DNA from: Phallusia mammillata
Lineage: Eukaryota
Direction of reading: 5' to 3'
DNA length: 64,000 bases
Assembly: GCA_965637545.1 (NCBI GenBank)
Contig: OZ281494.1
Location: 6,324,001-6,388,000, forward strand
Positions 19,201 through 29,515 of the stretch are shown here, piece after piece (position 1 is the stretch's first letter; every line of letters begins with the position of its first letter). The notes under the pieces are model-generated. The model was given only the letters and a program-made list of their open reading frames with translations, made no database searches and was not told the DNA's origin. The translations under genes were made by a program, and so were the position numbers.

Positions 19201-22200
19201 TTTTTTAGATTATTTCCGAACGCCACAGATCAGATTTCATTTGCGACCTGGTTCGCTTATTGTCTTCCATCAGGAATTATATTTTTCTTCTGTGCGTATT
19301 TGTGGATTTCGTCACTGTATCTTGGATTCAGGTATTTTGCTTGCAGCCTTCTGTCAACATACAAATATAGCAGCCAACTTAAAGCGAATTAGTTTACAAG
19401 GGCATCTCCTTTTATATGAGTATCTCGTATTATAAGTATTGGCCAATTTTAAACCAAGTTTTACAATTTTAGTATCAGAGGAATGTTTGCTTGCTTTGAT
19501 CGAAGAAACAAAACTATACAGGAGAAAAATGCGGACAAACTTCTTCGCCGGGAATACAATGCGCTCGGCCAAATAACGTAAGTCCAACACAGAGGTATAA
19601 GTCGGGACGGACTTTTCTGGTCAGGTTCGGGTTAGGCTTAATTCGTGCTTGACTTCACATTTCATAAAACTACCGAGCTCTGTTGCTAGTTGCTGGGCTT
19701 AACTTAATGCCCAACAGCCCGAAAACGCTGTGTTTCAGCCGTTGACAATAATTGTCAAATCACCAAACGAATAGGGATCGAAAAATCACGTCCAACAAGT
19801 ATCAAAGCTTTTAGTAATAAAAACTAATTTCGTAAGAACAAAGTGACCTATAAGATATGGGCACAGTACAGTGGCATACAATTAAGACAGAAAACAAACA
19901 TAGCCAAAGGTTGAAGCCAAAACAGGAACCAAATTTTATGTAACTTGTCCCACACGACGACTAAAGTACTTCTGTTGTATTTTTTTTAACGCTAGAATTG
20001 ACAACACAATTACAGAAATATACTAAGATGTTTGAAAGACATGTATCCTACATAAACAGAACTAAAATACTGTCATATGAATACACTGTTGCTGCCAGGC
20101 ATAACGTATTAACAGAATTTTTAGCTCTTCCGGCAGTTTTTTATTGTAATATGCCAACGTTTCGATGTCCCATACGAAACACCTTCATCAGGGTAATGAC
20201 ATACATTGCAAACACAAGTTATTATAAAGCGAAAAGGGCGGCGAAACACACAAAAAAAGGGCGATAGAAATAACGCAGTGCGCACCAATGGTCGTGTGAT
20301 AACACCTGGCTCAATGGTGCAAAAGCGACCGATAAGTTATCGGCATTAACGGACGCCGCCCTTTTCGCTTTATAATAACTTGTGTTTGCAATGTATGTCA
20401 TTACCCTGATGAAGGTGTTTCGTATGGGACATCGAAACGTTGGCATATTACAATAAAAAAAACTGCCGGAAGAGCTAAAAATTCTGTTAATACTGTCATA
20501 TGTTGCGGACAAAACAATGTTCTATTTTCCAGTTGGGCGGAGACGACGGTTCTCGTCATTTTTATCACCACCGCTCTTCTTTGGTTCTTTCGCGATCCCG
20601 GTTTCATGCCTGGTTGGGCGGTCATATTTCGGGAGGACTTTGTGGACGATGGTACAGTTGCTGTTACCATGGCAAGCCTTCTCTTCTTTCTCCCGTCGCG
20701 AAAACCGATGTTTCTAAATCGATCAGGTGAGTTGAGCTGCATTATTATCACATAGGAAGTTCTCAAGGCATTGACATACCGTCACATTTTATTTTAGCCC
20801 AAGCACAAACGTTTTGGTAGATATGAGAAATACGCAGGGACAGTGGTGGAATTCAGCCGGTTCGCACCGTTTCTATAGAACTATCTCACAAAATTTTATG
20901 AGATCAGCAAGCCGGTTAGCATTACTGCTTACTGTCAATAGACTTTTTGTAACGCAGAACCGGCTAAAACATGACTTTTGTGATAGAACCGGCTGAAAAA
21001 AATTGAATCCCGCCACTGCGCAGGGACGTATAAATTTGCAAAAATCACATTACGCCAGGCCAATTGGAGGTGTTATCTCAAATCAGGCCGGTCTCCCGAG
21101 TATTTTCATACGACAGGATACTGACTGGAACAATATAGAAAAATTTGTATGAAAGCTGCGGATAGCGCTAAGCAGTGTGTTCGCCTCGTCTGTGATAGTG
21201 TTTGACTTGAACAAAATTAAACAACACTAATCCAACAGAAACAATACAATGAACTTTTAAGAAAACTCTGAAAGACCGAAACCTGTTTGTGCTATTCTTA
21301 TCTGGTCAGAGATGCAGAAGACCTTCCCATGGGGCGTCGTCTTCTTACTAGGAGGAGGATTTGCTCTTGCTGAAGGAGCCACAGTAAGTTCAACTGACCA
21401 AAATGTTGGGATACCGAACCCAAGAAGTTTTTTTTGAATATGTATTCTGTACTGGGACCATTTGGTCTTCACAAACAGATACGAAATGTGTTGAATAGAG
21501 TTTATTTTGGTGAAAATAAACACGTTGTAGTAGATAAGTAGAAGTCGGTGCTTCAATATGTGGTAGTTATAACAATATATTGTCCAACTGGTGTAAATTT
21601 GTGACAAAAGACTCGTTTTAAGTTAAAAAACATGTAAGTTTGCGTTTTGCCCACCAGCGCGACGGGCATAATCAGAACTATTAAGTAAAAGCCGTATACC
21701 ATATAGTAAGTTAACTGGAAAACGCTACGTGACTTTAAAATGGTATAAAGCAAGACCATAAGTCGAAGGCACAATTGGTTGATAGATGTTAAAAACGCTG
21801 TTAAATATTCGACCTTTTGTGCCCGACACAGCATTTTCATTGCTATTGCGTACGCGAATTTTATAGAGATTAGACCCATCAAAACTACAAAGCCGCTTTA
21901 GTTTGATTTTCCGATTTGATAGATTTCAGTTTAATTGCAAACGCATATTTGCCAAACAAATTCTAACGGACAGCATCCGATACCTCTTTGTCTTGACGCG
22001 GGTGGCTGGCATGATGACCTATATGACCCGTTCGCCATCCACCAGTTGCTTGCACAATATAATTCATTTGTATGCAATAACCGCATACGCAACTGCAACT
22101 AATATAGTGATCATGACGCTTTTTGCATTACAGTGATAGCTCGGTGTGTTAACCTACACCAAAAAGCATACTGTAATTAGTGCCCAACAAAGTAATGATA

Positions 22201-23141
22201 ACCATTTTGATTGCTCTTGCGTAAAGTGCATCTGTAAGCTAAATCGAAATCCAATAATGTTGCGATGCCCGTAGGTTTCTGGACTCTCACAGTGGATTGG
22301 TGATTTGCTCAGTGTTCTGGAGGGCATTGACGATTGGCTTGTATGTCTCATTATAACCATTGTAGTTTGTGTGTTCACTGAAGTAACAAGCAATGTAGCC
22401 ACCGCTTCCTTGTTTGTTCCCATACTTGCAAGATTGGTAAGTAAACTGTTTTTATGTTCCTATTTTTTGGCAAAAAATATACATGCCCAGTCTTAACAGA
22501 CGGGTAGACCTACTAACTGTAAATTGCTGACTCAGCAATTATTGTCACCGTAAGTTTCTATCTATTGCCCCACCTATCGGAAACTCTCAAACCTGGCTAC
22601 TGTGAATTCTTACGTTAGTAGCTTTATCTAACAGACGTACTTGAAAACATGGAAATCATATGTATAAAATAATGTTTATAATTTTTGTTTTTAGGCGCAG
22701 ACAATTCGAATTCATCCTCTTTATCTTCTAATACCTCCTGTTCTTGCAACTTCCATGGCATTCATGTTGCCGGTAGCAACGCCACCCAATGCTATCGCAT
22801 TTTCCTATGGACACCTTCGGGTCATCGATATGGTGGGTCATTGATATCAGTCAAACGAAAAACAATAGGTTATAACATTGCGACATCATCAAATTCTAAA
22901 TATCTATGTAATCAAATATACGAAGGTTTGGAATATTAAATACTCTTGAAATTGAACCTAAGACAAAATATAGACCTTAAAACATTGATTGAATGTTCAT
23001 TTTCAGGCTAAAACGGGTGTTGTACTCAACATATTAGGAATTGCAATCGTCACTCTCTTCATCAATACATATGGCATCGTGTACTTTGGACTAAATGAGT
23101 TTCCAGCATGGGCCGAGTTGGGCAACTCCACCGCTACTTAA
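16270..23141 (+). CDS. SLC13A: Solute carrier family 13 Na+/dicarboxylate-citrate cotransporter (SLC13A2/3/5, Indy-like)
   Basis: 12 phase-compatible GT-AG exons: 16270-16377, 16937-17202, 17529-17694, 18026-18154, 18572-18729, 19209-19331, 19473-19577, 20533-20726, 21262-21383, 22275-22436, 22695-22832, 23007-23141. Motifs: [82 protein letters not shown]. Confidence 0.95.
18831..19046. mobile_element. hAT-type MITE in SLC13 intron 5
   Basis: Termini CAGGGGTCGGCGACC / GGTTGCCGACGACTG; 8-bp TSD GACTAAGC at 18823-18830 and 19047-19054. Confidence 0.85.
19590..19800. repeat. Fragment (left end) of the CAGAG..CGGG dispersed DNA-element family
   Basis: CAGAGGTATAAGTCGGG...TTGCTGGGCTTAACTTAATGCCCAACAGCCC matches blocks at about 55540-55575 and 61200-61240. 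Confidence 0.55.
20080..20493. mobile_element. Penelope-like-element-derived insertion with inverted arms, each carrying a hammerhead motif
   Basis: Inverted arms 20106-20243 and 20354-20493, identical except for a 2-nt poly-A indel. Flanked by the 14-bp direct repeat AATACTGTCATATG at 20066-20079 and 20489-20502. Confidence 0.7.
20395..20450 (+). ncRNA. Minimal type I hammerhead ribozyme motif (mirror copy on the - strand at about 20147-20202)
   Basis: CC-CTGATGA-A-[GGTGTTTC-GTAT-GGGACATC]-GAAACGTT-GG: core at 20406-20412, 8-bp stem II with G-U pairs and a GTAT loop, GAAA at 20434-20437, palindromic AACGTT helix III, predicted cleavage after GUU (20441). Confidence 0.65.
20841..21018. mobile_element. 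hAT-type MITE in SLC13 intron 8
   Basis: Termini CAGTGGTGGAATTCA / TGAATCCCGCCACTG; 8-bp TSD CGCAGGGA at 20833-20840 and 21019-21026. Confidence 0.9.
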
Positions 23142-23596
23142 CGAAACAACTTTAAAACTTGCTTTAGGTTTAGGGCCTCGTTTTGTGCTTTGAAATGACA
23201 AACTGTACCCAAAAAACGATGTTTTCAGTGCAATTTTTATTGAGTTACTTTTTTTTGGTTTCTGAATTCTGTCACTTTCTTATACGATTGCAAATTTGTT
23301 TTGTTTGTGGATAGAAAACAATTGAAACTCGTTGTCTAAGAATTGTTAATGCCGAAAATAAAAGTGTAATTACGATTGACCAAGTGAAACTGTTTGTTCT
23401 TTTGTTTGATAAAATCGTGGAAATAGGCGTCACATGTGGCGCGACATGCGACATTTTGTCGCATACGGAATACGAAAACTTTCCCTTCCGTCACCCCCAG
23501 TTGCAACGGAAGTACAAGGAAGCAAAAATATTACGGTTAATTGTCATTAAACAGTAGAAAAAGTTTTATAAAGTTTTTGTCACACATTAAATAAGA

Positions 23597-25449
23597 ATGT
23601 CGGCGGATCAATCACTGGTTAGTTTGTGTGTTTTGTTTAATATGTAATTGTATTTTCAATAATATGTAAGCAATAAATTATATTATTCTTTGACAGCAAA
23701 CTACTAGCATGTGTGAATTCGGCGAAAGTGTCCTGCCTGTCTTGAAAAAATTCCGTTTTGCAAAGAAAGAGTGCAGTTCTGCAATTATATGTTGGTTTGT
23801 CTCACAATTAAAAAAAAAGAACTTTTCAAACATTGCCTAAATTTAACTCAATCTTTTATTCCCCACCTAAAAATGTTGTTAATATTTAAAATGTTACCTA
23901 GTTTATTGTTAATTTATAAATTGGATTAAATCTACCTACTCTATAACCAGTCTGCAGAGTGTGGCAGCTGCACACGCGATTAGTTTTTGAAAAAAAAAAT
24001 TTGCATGCCAATTTTTGGGGGTTGAACGCGGAAATTTTGCACGAAAGGCATTTAATTGTACTGTTTTGACCTCTTTTACTTGTTTTGCGCCTGTTGAACT
24101 TGGTCTTGCACGTGAATTTACGGGGCGTGCACGCGCACACGGTAGACATATCAGTCCTGCACGCGCGAGATGTCGTCGGGAACTGCCATGTTCTGCAGAC
24201 TGGCTCTATAAGACAAGTACAAACAATACTCAAGTTTATTTAGTTTATTAGACAAATTAAACTGTGTTGTGTGTCTTAACCAGTGGTTCTCAAACTTTTT
24301 TATTGTCGGGGCCAAATGGTATTTTTTTAAGTGTGTAGAGAGCCGCAAAAAACGAAACCTTGAGAAAATCACTAAAGATTATTACTTTGAAAGCTAAAAT
24401 AGCAATGTTTGGTGGTTTTCTGAGGTCTGGTGCGAGCCGCAAAATAAGTAGTTGGGAGCCGCATGCGGCCGCGAAAACCGAGTTTGAGAACCACTGGTCT
24501 ACACTGTTCAATGCAAACAAAATAATTCAAATGCTTTCGCTGCAGTGAAAATTGAAAAAGATGATACGATTGTGATTGAAGATGAAATGGAAGATTGTTC
24601 CATGGAAGAGGTTGCAGAAGAATTGCCTGAAAGAACTCCAAGATATCCTTTTACATACAATTTTAGTTGCAGTTAAAGACAACATTGTTAATGTGTATGA
24701 TGTGTTTTTTTCATTATGTTCTTGCTTTAGTTTTTTCAAGAGGTGAATTTACCAGCATAACCAGTGTCCATTAGAAGCAAGTAGAATTTATTCAACTACA
24801 TTGAAAGTTGTTTAATTTTATTTTCGTGACCAAACTTTAGTACCCTGCAAGATCCGCTATAGTTTTTGACCTTAGACATTAGGTGCATTCTTATTCTTTC
24901 TGTATTTTTTGACCTAATACATTAAACCCCAAGAAAGTGTTTTAATTTAATCAGCTACATGTAAATGATCCTATATTTGATTGGCCAGACACTAATCGTT
25001 AAAAAACATTGTGATGTAATTTTGTGACATTTGATCATTGCAGAGCTTTTTACCCTTTCGCTTTACACTATTTAAATTTCTTAACCCAGCACACATATGT
25101 AGTATATAGCTACAGATGGCTTCATGATGATGGAAGAAAGTCATTCCCTCTTTGTTTTATATTATATTTACCGGAGGGCTGTCACCCAAAAGCTAATGTT
25201 TTGTACACTGGGTCAAGAAACAAAATTGTCGACACACTTAAATTACCAAAGGTATAATAGCACTAAGTCTTTTTTTTTTAATGTCTGCAATTTCTGAAAC
25301 ACTTTTTATGATCACTTCAAATATTTGCCAAAGATTGTTTGGGCCAAAACTTCACTGAAACATACATTGTTTTAAAAATGTAGAGCTTCACTGTTCGTGA
25401 CAAAGAATCTATTTCCGAAGATTGGCTGAAAGCAGAGTTGAAAAAGTGA
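23597..25449 (+). CDS. GMF: Glia maturation factor (ADF-H domain, GMF beta/gamma-like)
   Basis: Exons 23597-23617, 23697-23790, 24546-24642, 25095-25251, 25384-25449 give MSADQSLQTTSMCEFGESVLPVLKKFRFAKKECSSAIILKIEKDDTIVIEDEMEDCSMEEVAEELPERTPRYVVYSYRWLHDDGRKSFPLCFILYLPEGCHPKANVLYTGSRNKIVDTLKLPKSFTVRDKESISEDWLKAELKK*. Confidence 0.92.
23947..24203. mobile_element. MITE with CCAGTCTGCAGA termini and 8-bp TSD (copy 1, GMF intron 2)
   Basis: TIR CCAGTCTGCAGAGTGTGGCAG / CTGCCATGTTCTGCAGACTGG; TSD CTCTATAA at 23939-23946 and 24204-24211. Confidence 0.9.
24281..24496. mobile_element. hAT-type MITE in GMF intron 2
   Basis: TIR CAGTGGTTCTCAAACT / AGTTTGAGAACCACTG; degenerate 8-bp TSD GTCTTAAC / GTCTACAC. 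Confidence 0.8.
24643..25094 (+). other. U12-type (minor spliceosome) AT-AC intron in GMF
   Basis: 5' end ATATCCTTT, branch site TTTCTTAAC at 25077-25085, 3' end AC at 25093-25094. This junction restores the conserved ERTPR|YVVYSY frame; the nearby AG at 25088-25089 does not. Confidence 0.9.
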
Positions 25450-26746
25450 TGCTGGAAATTCTTCAATCCATCCTGCCATGCTTTTATGTTAGTTAAATGC
25501 AAGACTTGAATTTGAGAAATTAATATTGTTGTATCAAGTGAACAAAGCCTTTTCAGTTTTATCCCTTGATTTTTCTCCACTGTTTAATCCACATGTAAGC
25601 ATATCCAAGATAACATAAAAACTAGTTTCAAACTTATACCACTTTCAAATCTTTATTTTTCATGGGTTGTTTTTATTATTTCCGGTTTATATTTGATCAA
25701 CTTATACAGTTAATGTGTGGTAAATATACAAATTTTAATAACATAATTTTTTTTTATTTACTCAAGAATCTTGATCTTTTGATATATTGTGCTGTTTCAC
25801 ATAAACTATTGTTCATTGTTGACCAAACCTGTTGTGTTGAATAACCGTGCAATCATTTGTGTTTTGTAAACATGCACCCATTATAACATATAACTGATGG
25901 TATTTTGAACAATCACAAAATAAACTGCATCACAATTTAAGCAAAGTGTACTTTTGTTTGATTGTTAAACATGTTATAATTTAAAACTGTTATAATCATG
26001 AACAATATATATCTGACTGGTACAATAACAGCAACAAATGTATGTTAGATTATTGATGCGCTGTTATGATTGAACTAAGGTTCTGTTGAGTGTTTGTTTG
26101 TGCGGGATGACAACACACCTACTACTACAGCGTGTTTGTTTACATCCTATAGTATTAGCTCATTAGCTGTTTGTGTCAACAATCATAGGGCTTGCACTAT
26201 TTCCTTACTGCTCGGTGTTGTAATAAAATCTGATTTCCTGTTAAAGGTTTCAATAACACATGTAGAGTTAAACAGAAATCCCATACAGTTTGTGATTCAT
26301 TTAATAAAAGCCAAATTTGGAAAATATGCTCTGGCAGTTTTCATCAAAGTATCAAGGCATGTTTAAACGTTGCACAATTTTCTTTTAACATTTTTCAAAC
26401 AACAAGGCATAAATTACACTTACATATAAAACAGCCAACTTCTTCTCAATCACAAAGACAGATAACTACAAATTTGCCTGAAATATTGTACACAAACAGC
26501 AGTGAATACACAAAGTAGATTTAACTTTCCTACTGCATCAGAAAAGCATTGAAGAAATTTCCAAGGTTTAGAACTTAACAATGTGTACATAAATATATTC
26601 CTTTGTACATAGGTGAACTTAGTTTTAAAATATATTTTTTTAGAAAAAGCTATGCTTCATTCGAGTAACTTCCGTTTGATAATCTGCAACTTAAAATTAT
26701 TTTTATTGCAATCTTGCTTCATGGCAGGTGTAACGTGCTTCATGTA

Positions 26747-28674
26747 TCAATAAGTGACAAGAACATAAATCATTCTGTAAAAAAACAAAAAAACAAATTG
26801 GAATCTATATTATTCTACAAATTTTGGACTATTTGATGTAAGCTCTGTCTAACAAACCAGTAGTCAACACAGTGCCAAATGAAATTTTAAGATTATCATG
26901 ATTAAAGAGCATTAAATCTTTCTGTCTTGTAACATGCCACATCAAATTATATAAGCTATTACTGCCAGGCATAGTGTCAAGTTTAAAGAGCTCTTCTGGC
27001 AAATGTCATTTTATTCCGACGCTTTGACGTCCTATACAGGTCGTCTTCATCAGGGTAAATAACACTGAATGCATGCCACATCAAATTTTAAATGCATAAA
27101 CTAAAATATCACATTTCAGAACATCACAATGACTGTATGTATTCTATGCCATATATATACTGCAGTGATAATAGATGCAAAGATTTTTTTTACATTACAA
27201 ACCTGTAGAGATAATAGAAGAAAGATATCAAGTAGAAAGCCAATTTCGCCCAACCTTCCTTCATGCAGTAAGACAGAATATCAGCATTCATTATTGTTGT
27301 TGGGTCATATAATCCAGGACCACTCATAACTGGCCTTTTACTGTATCTGTAAATTAATGTAAATCAAAGATGACATCAACAAGTGTACATAGTTCACATA
27401 GTTACATTAAAATTTTCACACATGAATAGTTTAGCATTACTCATTGAAAGTACAACAAAGACCAATATTAAAATAAGTTTACAGTCCATTTAATAATAAT
27501 AATAAAAAAAACAGAAGCAAGATTAAGCAAGTTCAAACAGAAATATATGTATATATATATGTATGAAAAACCTTGATAAAAAATTGGAAGACAACAATTT
27601 TTTTTTTACCTGTACACATTGTAGGCAAGAAGAGGAATGTTGAAAAGCACAGTGAGCCACTCCCACGCCCATAAAAAGAGCAAGTTGTAAAAAACATGGA
27701 TGGCATATTCTGGAAGGACCAACTAAATACAAAAATAAAACTACAAACTATGTTTTACAGGAAAAAAGGTTATGTAAATACTTCATGAAATAGTCTACTC
27801 AACTTAGCTGTACAAATGTGTCAATGAGATTTTAATTGAATTGATTGTAATAGCAAAGGTGACGTTTTTAATTTAAAATTGCAACCAAAAACTTTATTAT
27901 AAACTTGTATTAAAGGAAAAGTTCACATCTCCAACCCAAATGTTTGTGGCCCTACAATTAATTGTCAAAAATTCAAAGTTAAATGTTCAATAGCTGCGAC
28001 GAGCTAACAATAATATAAGTGGCAAATCCACAAAATGTTTTTTACTGCTTTATTGTTTAACTTGAAGCTAAAACATGCTGGTTTTATGGAAGTGCAAATT
28101 TTGATTTATCTTTGTACATTGTATAGCAATCAATTTGAGTGACAGATGTAACAAGACATAAGAAATATAAACATATACTACCGGATTAAGGCTATTGCAT
28201 TGATCAATTGGATTTTTGTAATCCGTCTTCAGCTCATCAAAAGCAATTATCTACAACAAAAACATAAAATAACGTATAGAAGGTCATTAATTCATTAACA
28301 GACACCAGTCTGCAGAGTATGGCAGATGCACGCACGATTTTTTTTTAACAAAATCTTTTGCACGTCAATTTTTGGGGTTTGCACGCGTAAATTTTGCACC
28401 AAAGGCGTCTAAATGGGCTGTGTTGACCTCTTTTACTTGATTTGCACCTGCTGAAATTGGTTTTGCACGCGAACTTACGGGTCGTGCACGCACGCACGAC
28501 TTATAGGTCCTGCACACGTGAGATCTCGTCGGGAGACGGGAACTGCCATGTTCTGCAGACTGGAACAGACAAAAAGTAAAACATAAAGCTTACCTGCCAA
28601 ATTGCAAAGAAAATAAGAAAAGCAGTGAGAATTAGGGCTAAAATGTAACAAAATGCAGCAAACGAGAAAGCCAT
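26747..28674 (-). CDS. CNIH1: Protein cornichon homolog 1
   Basis: Exons (-) 28594-28674, 28182-28250, 27610-27722, 27203-27346, 26747-26774 give [56 protein letters not shown]...[53 protein letters not shown]. Confidence 0.96.
26951..27065 (-). mobile_element. Diverged copy of the hammerhead-bearing Penelope-type short element in the last CNIH intron
   Basis: Minus strand reads CC-CTGATGA-A-GACGACCT-GTAT-AGGACGTC-AAAGCGTC-GG...GCCAGAAGAGCT...TATGCCTGGCAGTAATAGCTTAT, colinear with the left arm at 20088-20200. Confidence 0.65.
28305..28563. mobile_element. MITE with CCAGTCTGCAGA termini (copy 2, CNIH intron 1)
   Basis: Same TIR and internal sequence as 23947-24203; TSD AACAGACA at 28297-28304 and 28564-28571. 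Confidence 0.9.
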
Positions 28675-28744
28675 TTGAACAGTATGGGAATGGCAATAAC
28701 AAGGGGCAACTGTACAAAAATTATCAATCTGCAAAATACAATGA

Positions 28745-28870
28745 ATAAGCTATTGCTGCCAGGCATAATGTATAACCGAGTATTGCTCATCCAGCAGTTT
28801 TACACAATCGACGTTTCAACGTCCTATGAAAAATTGCAAGACGCCTAGACTTGATCAGGATCAGGATAAT
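28745..28870 (-). mobile_element. Degenerate third locus of the hammerhead-bearing element
   Basis: Shares the terminus TATGCCTGGCAGCAATAGCTTAT and ATAGGACGTT-GAAACGTC; core mutated to CTGATCA with extra bases. Confidence 0.55.
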
Positions 28871-29515
28871 GGCATATCTTGCAAGACAAAATACAAATTT
28901 ATCATACACTTTTTACTGAAAATTTCACACAACGCTTAAACATAGTCAAAACGCAACCCAAAATCTTACGACGACAATACTAAACAACAATGACTACCAA
29001 ACAAAGCTTCTTCATTATGACTGAAGTCACGCTGCAAACACACAAAACGTCCAACAACTTACTTCTAATTTACAGGGCCAACCCAGTACAGCTGAAAATA
29101 GATTAAACGCCTATGTTACATGTGCCATACCCATCCATTTAGCATTTGGTTACAAATTTAGGAGATGTTGTAATGAAGAAACCACCTATTTACTTATAGG
29201 TAGACACTCATTGCACCTTTAACATTTCATGTTAAACACTAAACCTAACCCTACTGATATTGTAAATTGTACAAGCCGGCTTAAAAAATAAACTTACTCA
29301 ACCGTATCACAATTTTTAGCAACGTGATTTTTATATTTGGCAAGGAACGAAAATTCAACAGTTTCAGTTTACGATCGACAAAACGACAAAACGTTTCTGA
29401 TACTCCTCTATTTATTTAAGTGAAAATGCATTCCAATCGGAAACAAAAGTACGAGCATTGTAAATTAACTTGGACGGCTGTCAAATAGAACTGTTAAAAA
29501 TAGGAAAACAAGTAT

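Noticed and set aside
19998-20512. Mirror ORFs sharing [33 protein letters not shown]
   Set aside because: An artefact of the DNA inverted repeat; the signal is explained by RNA structure, not protein.
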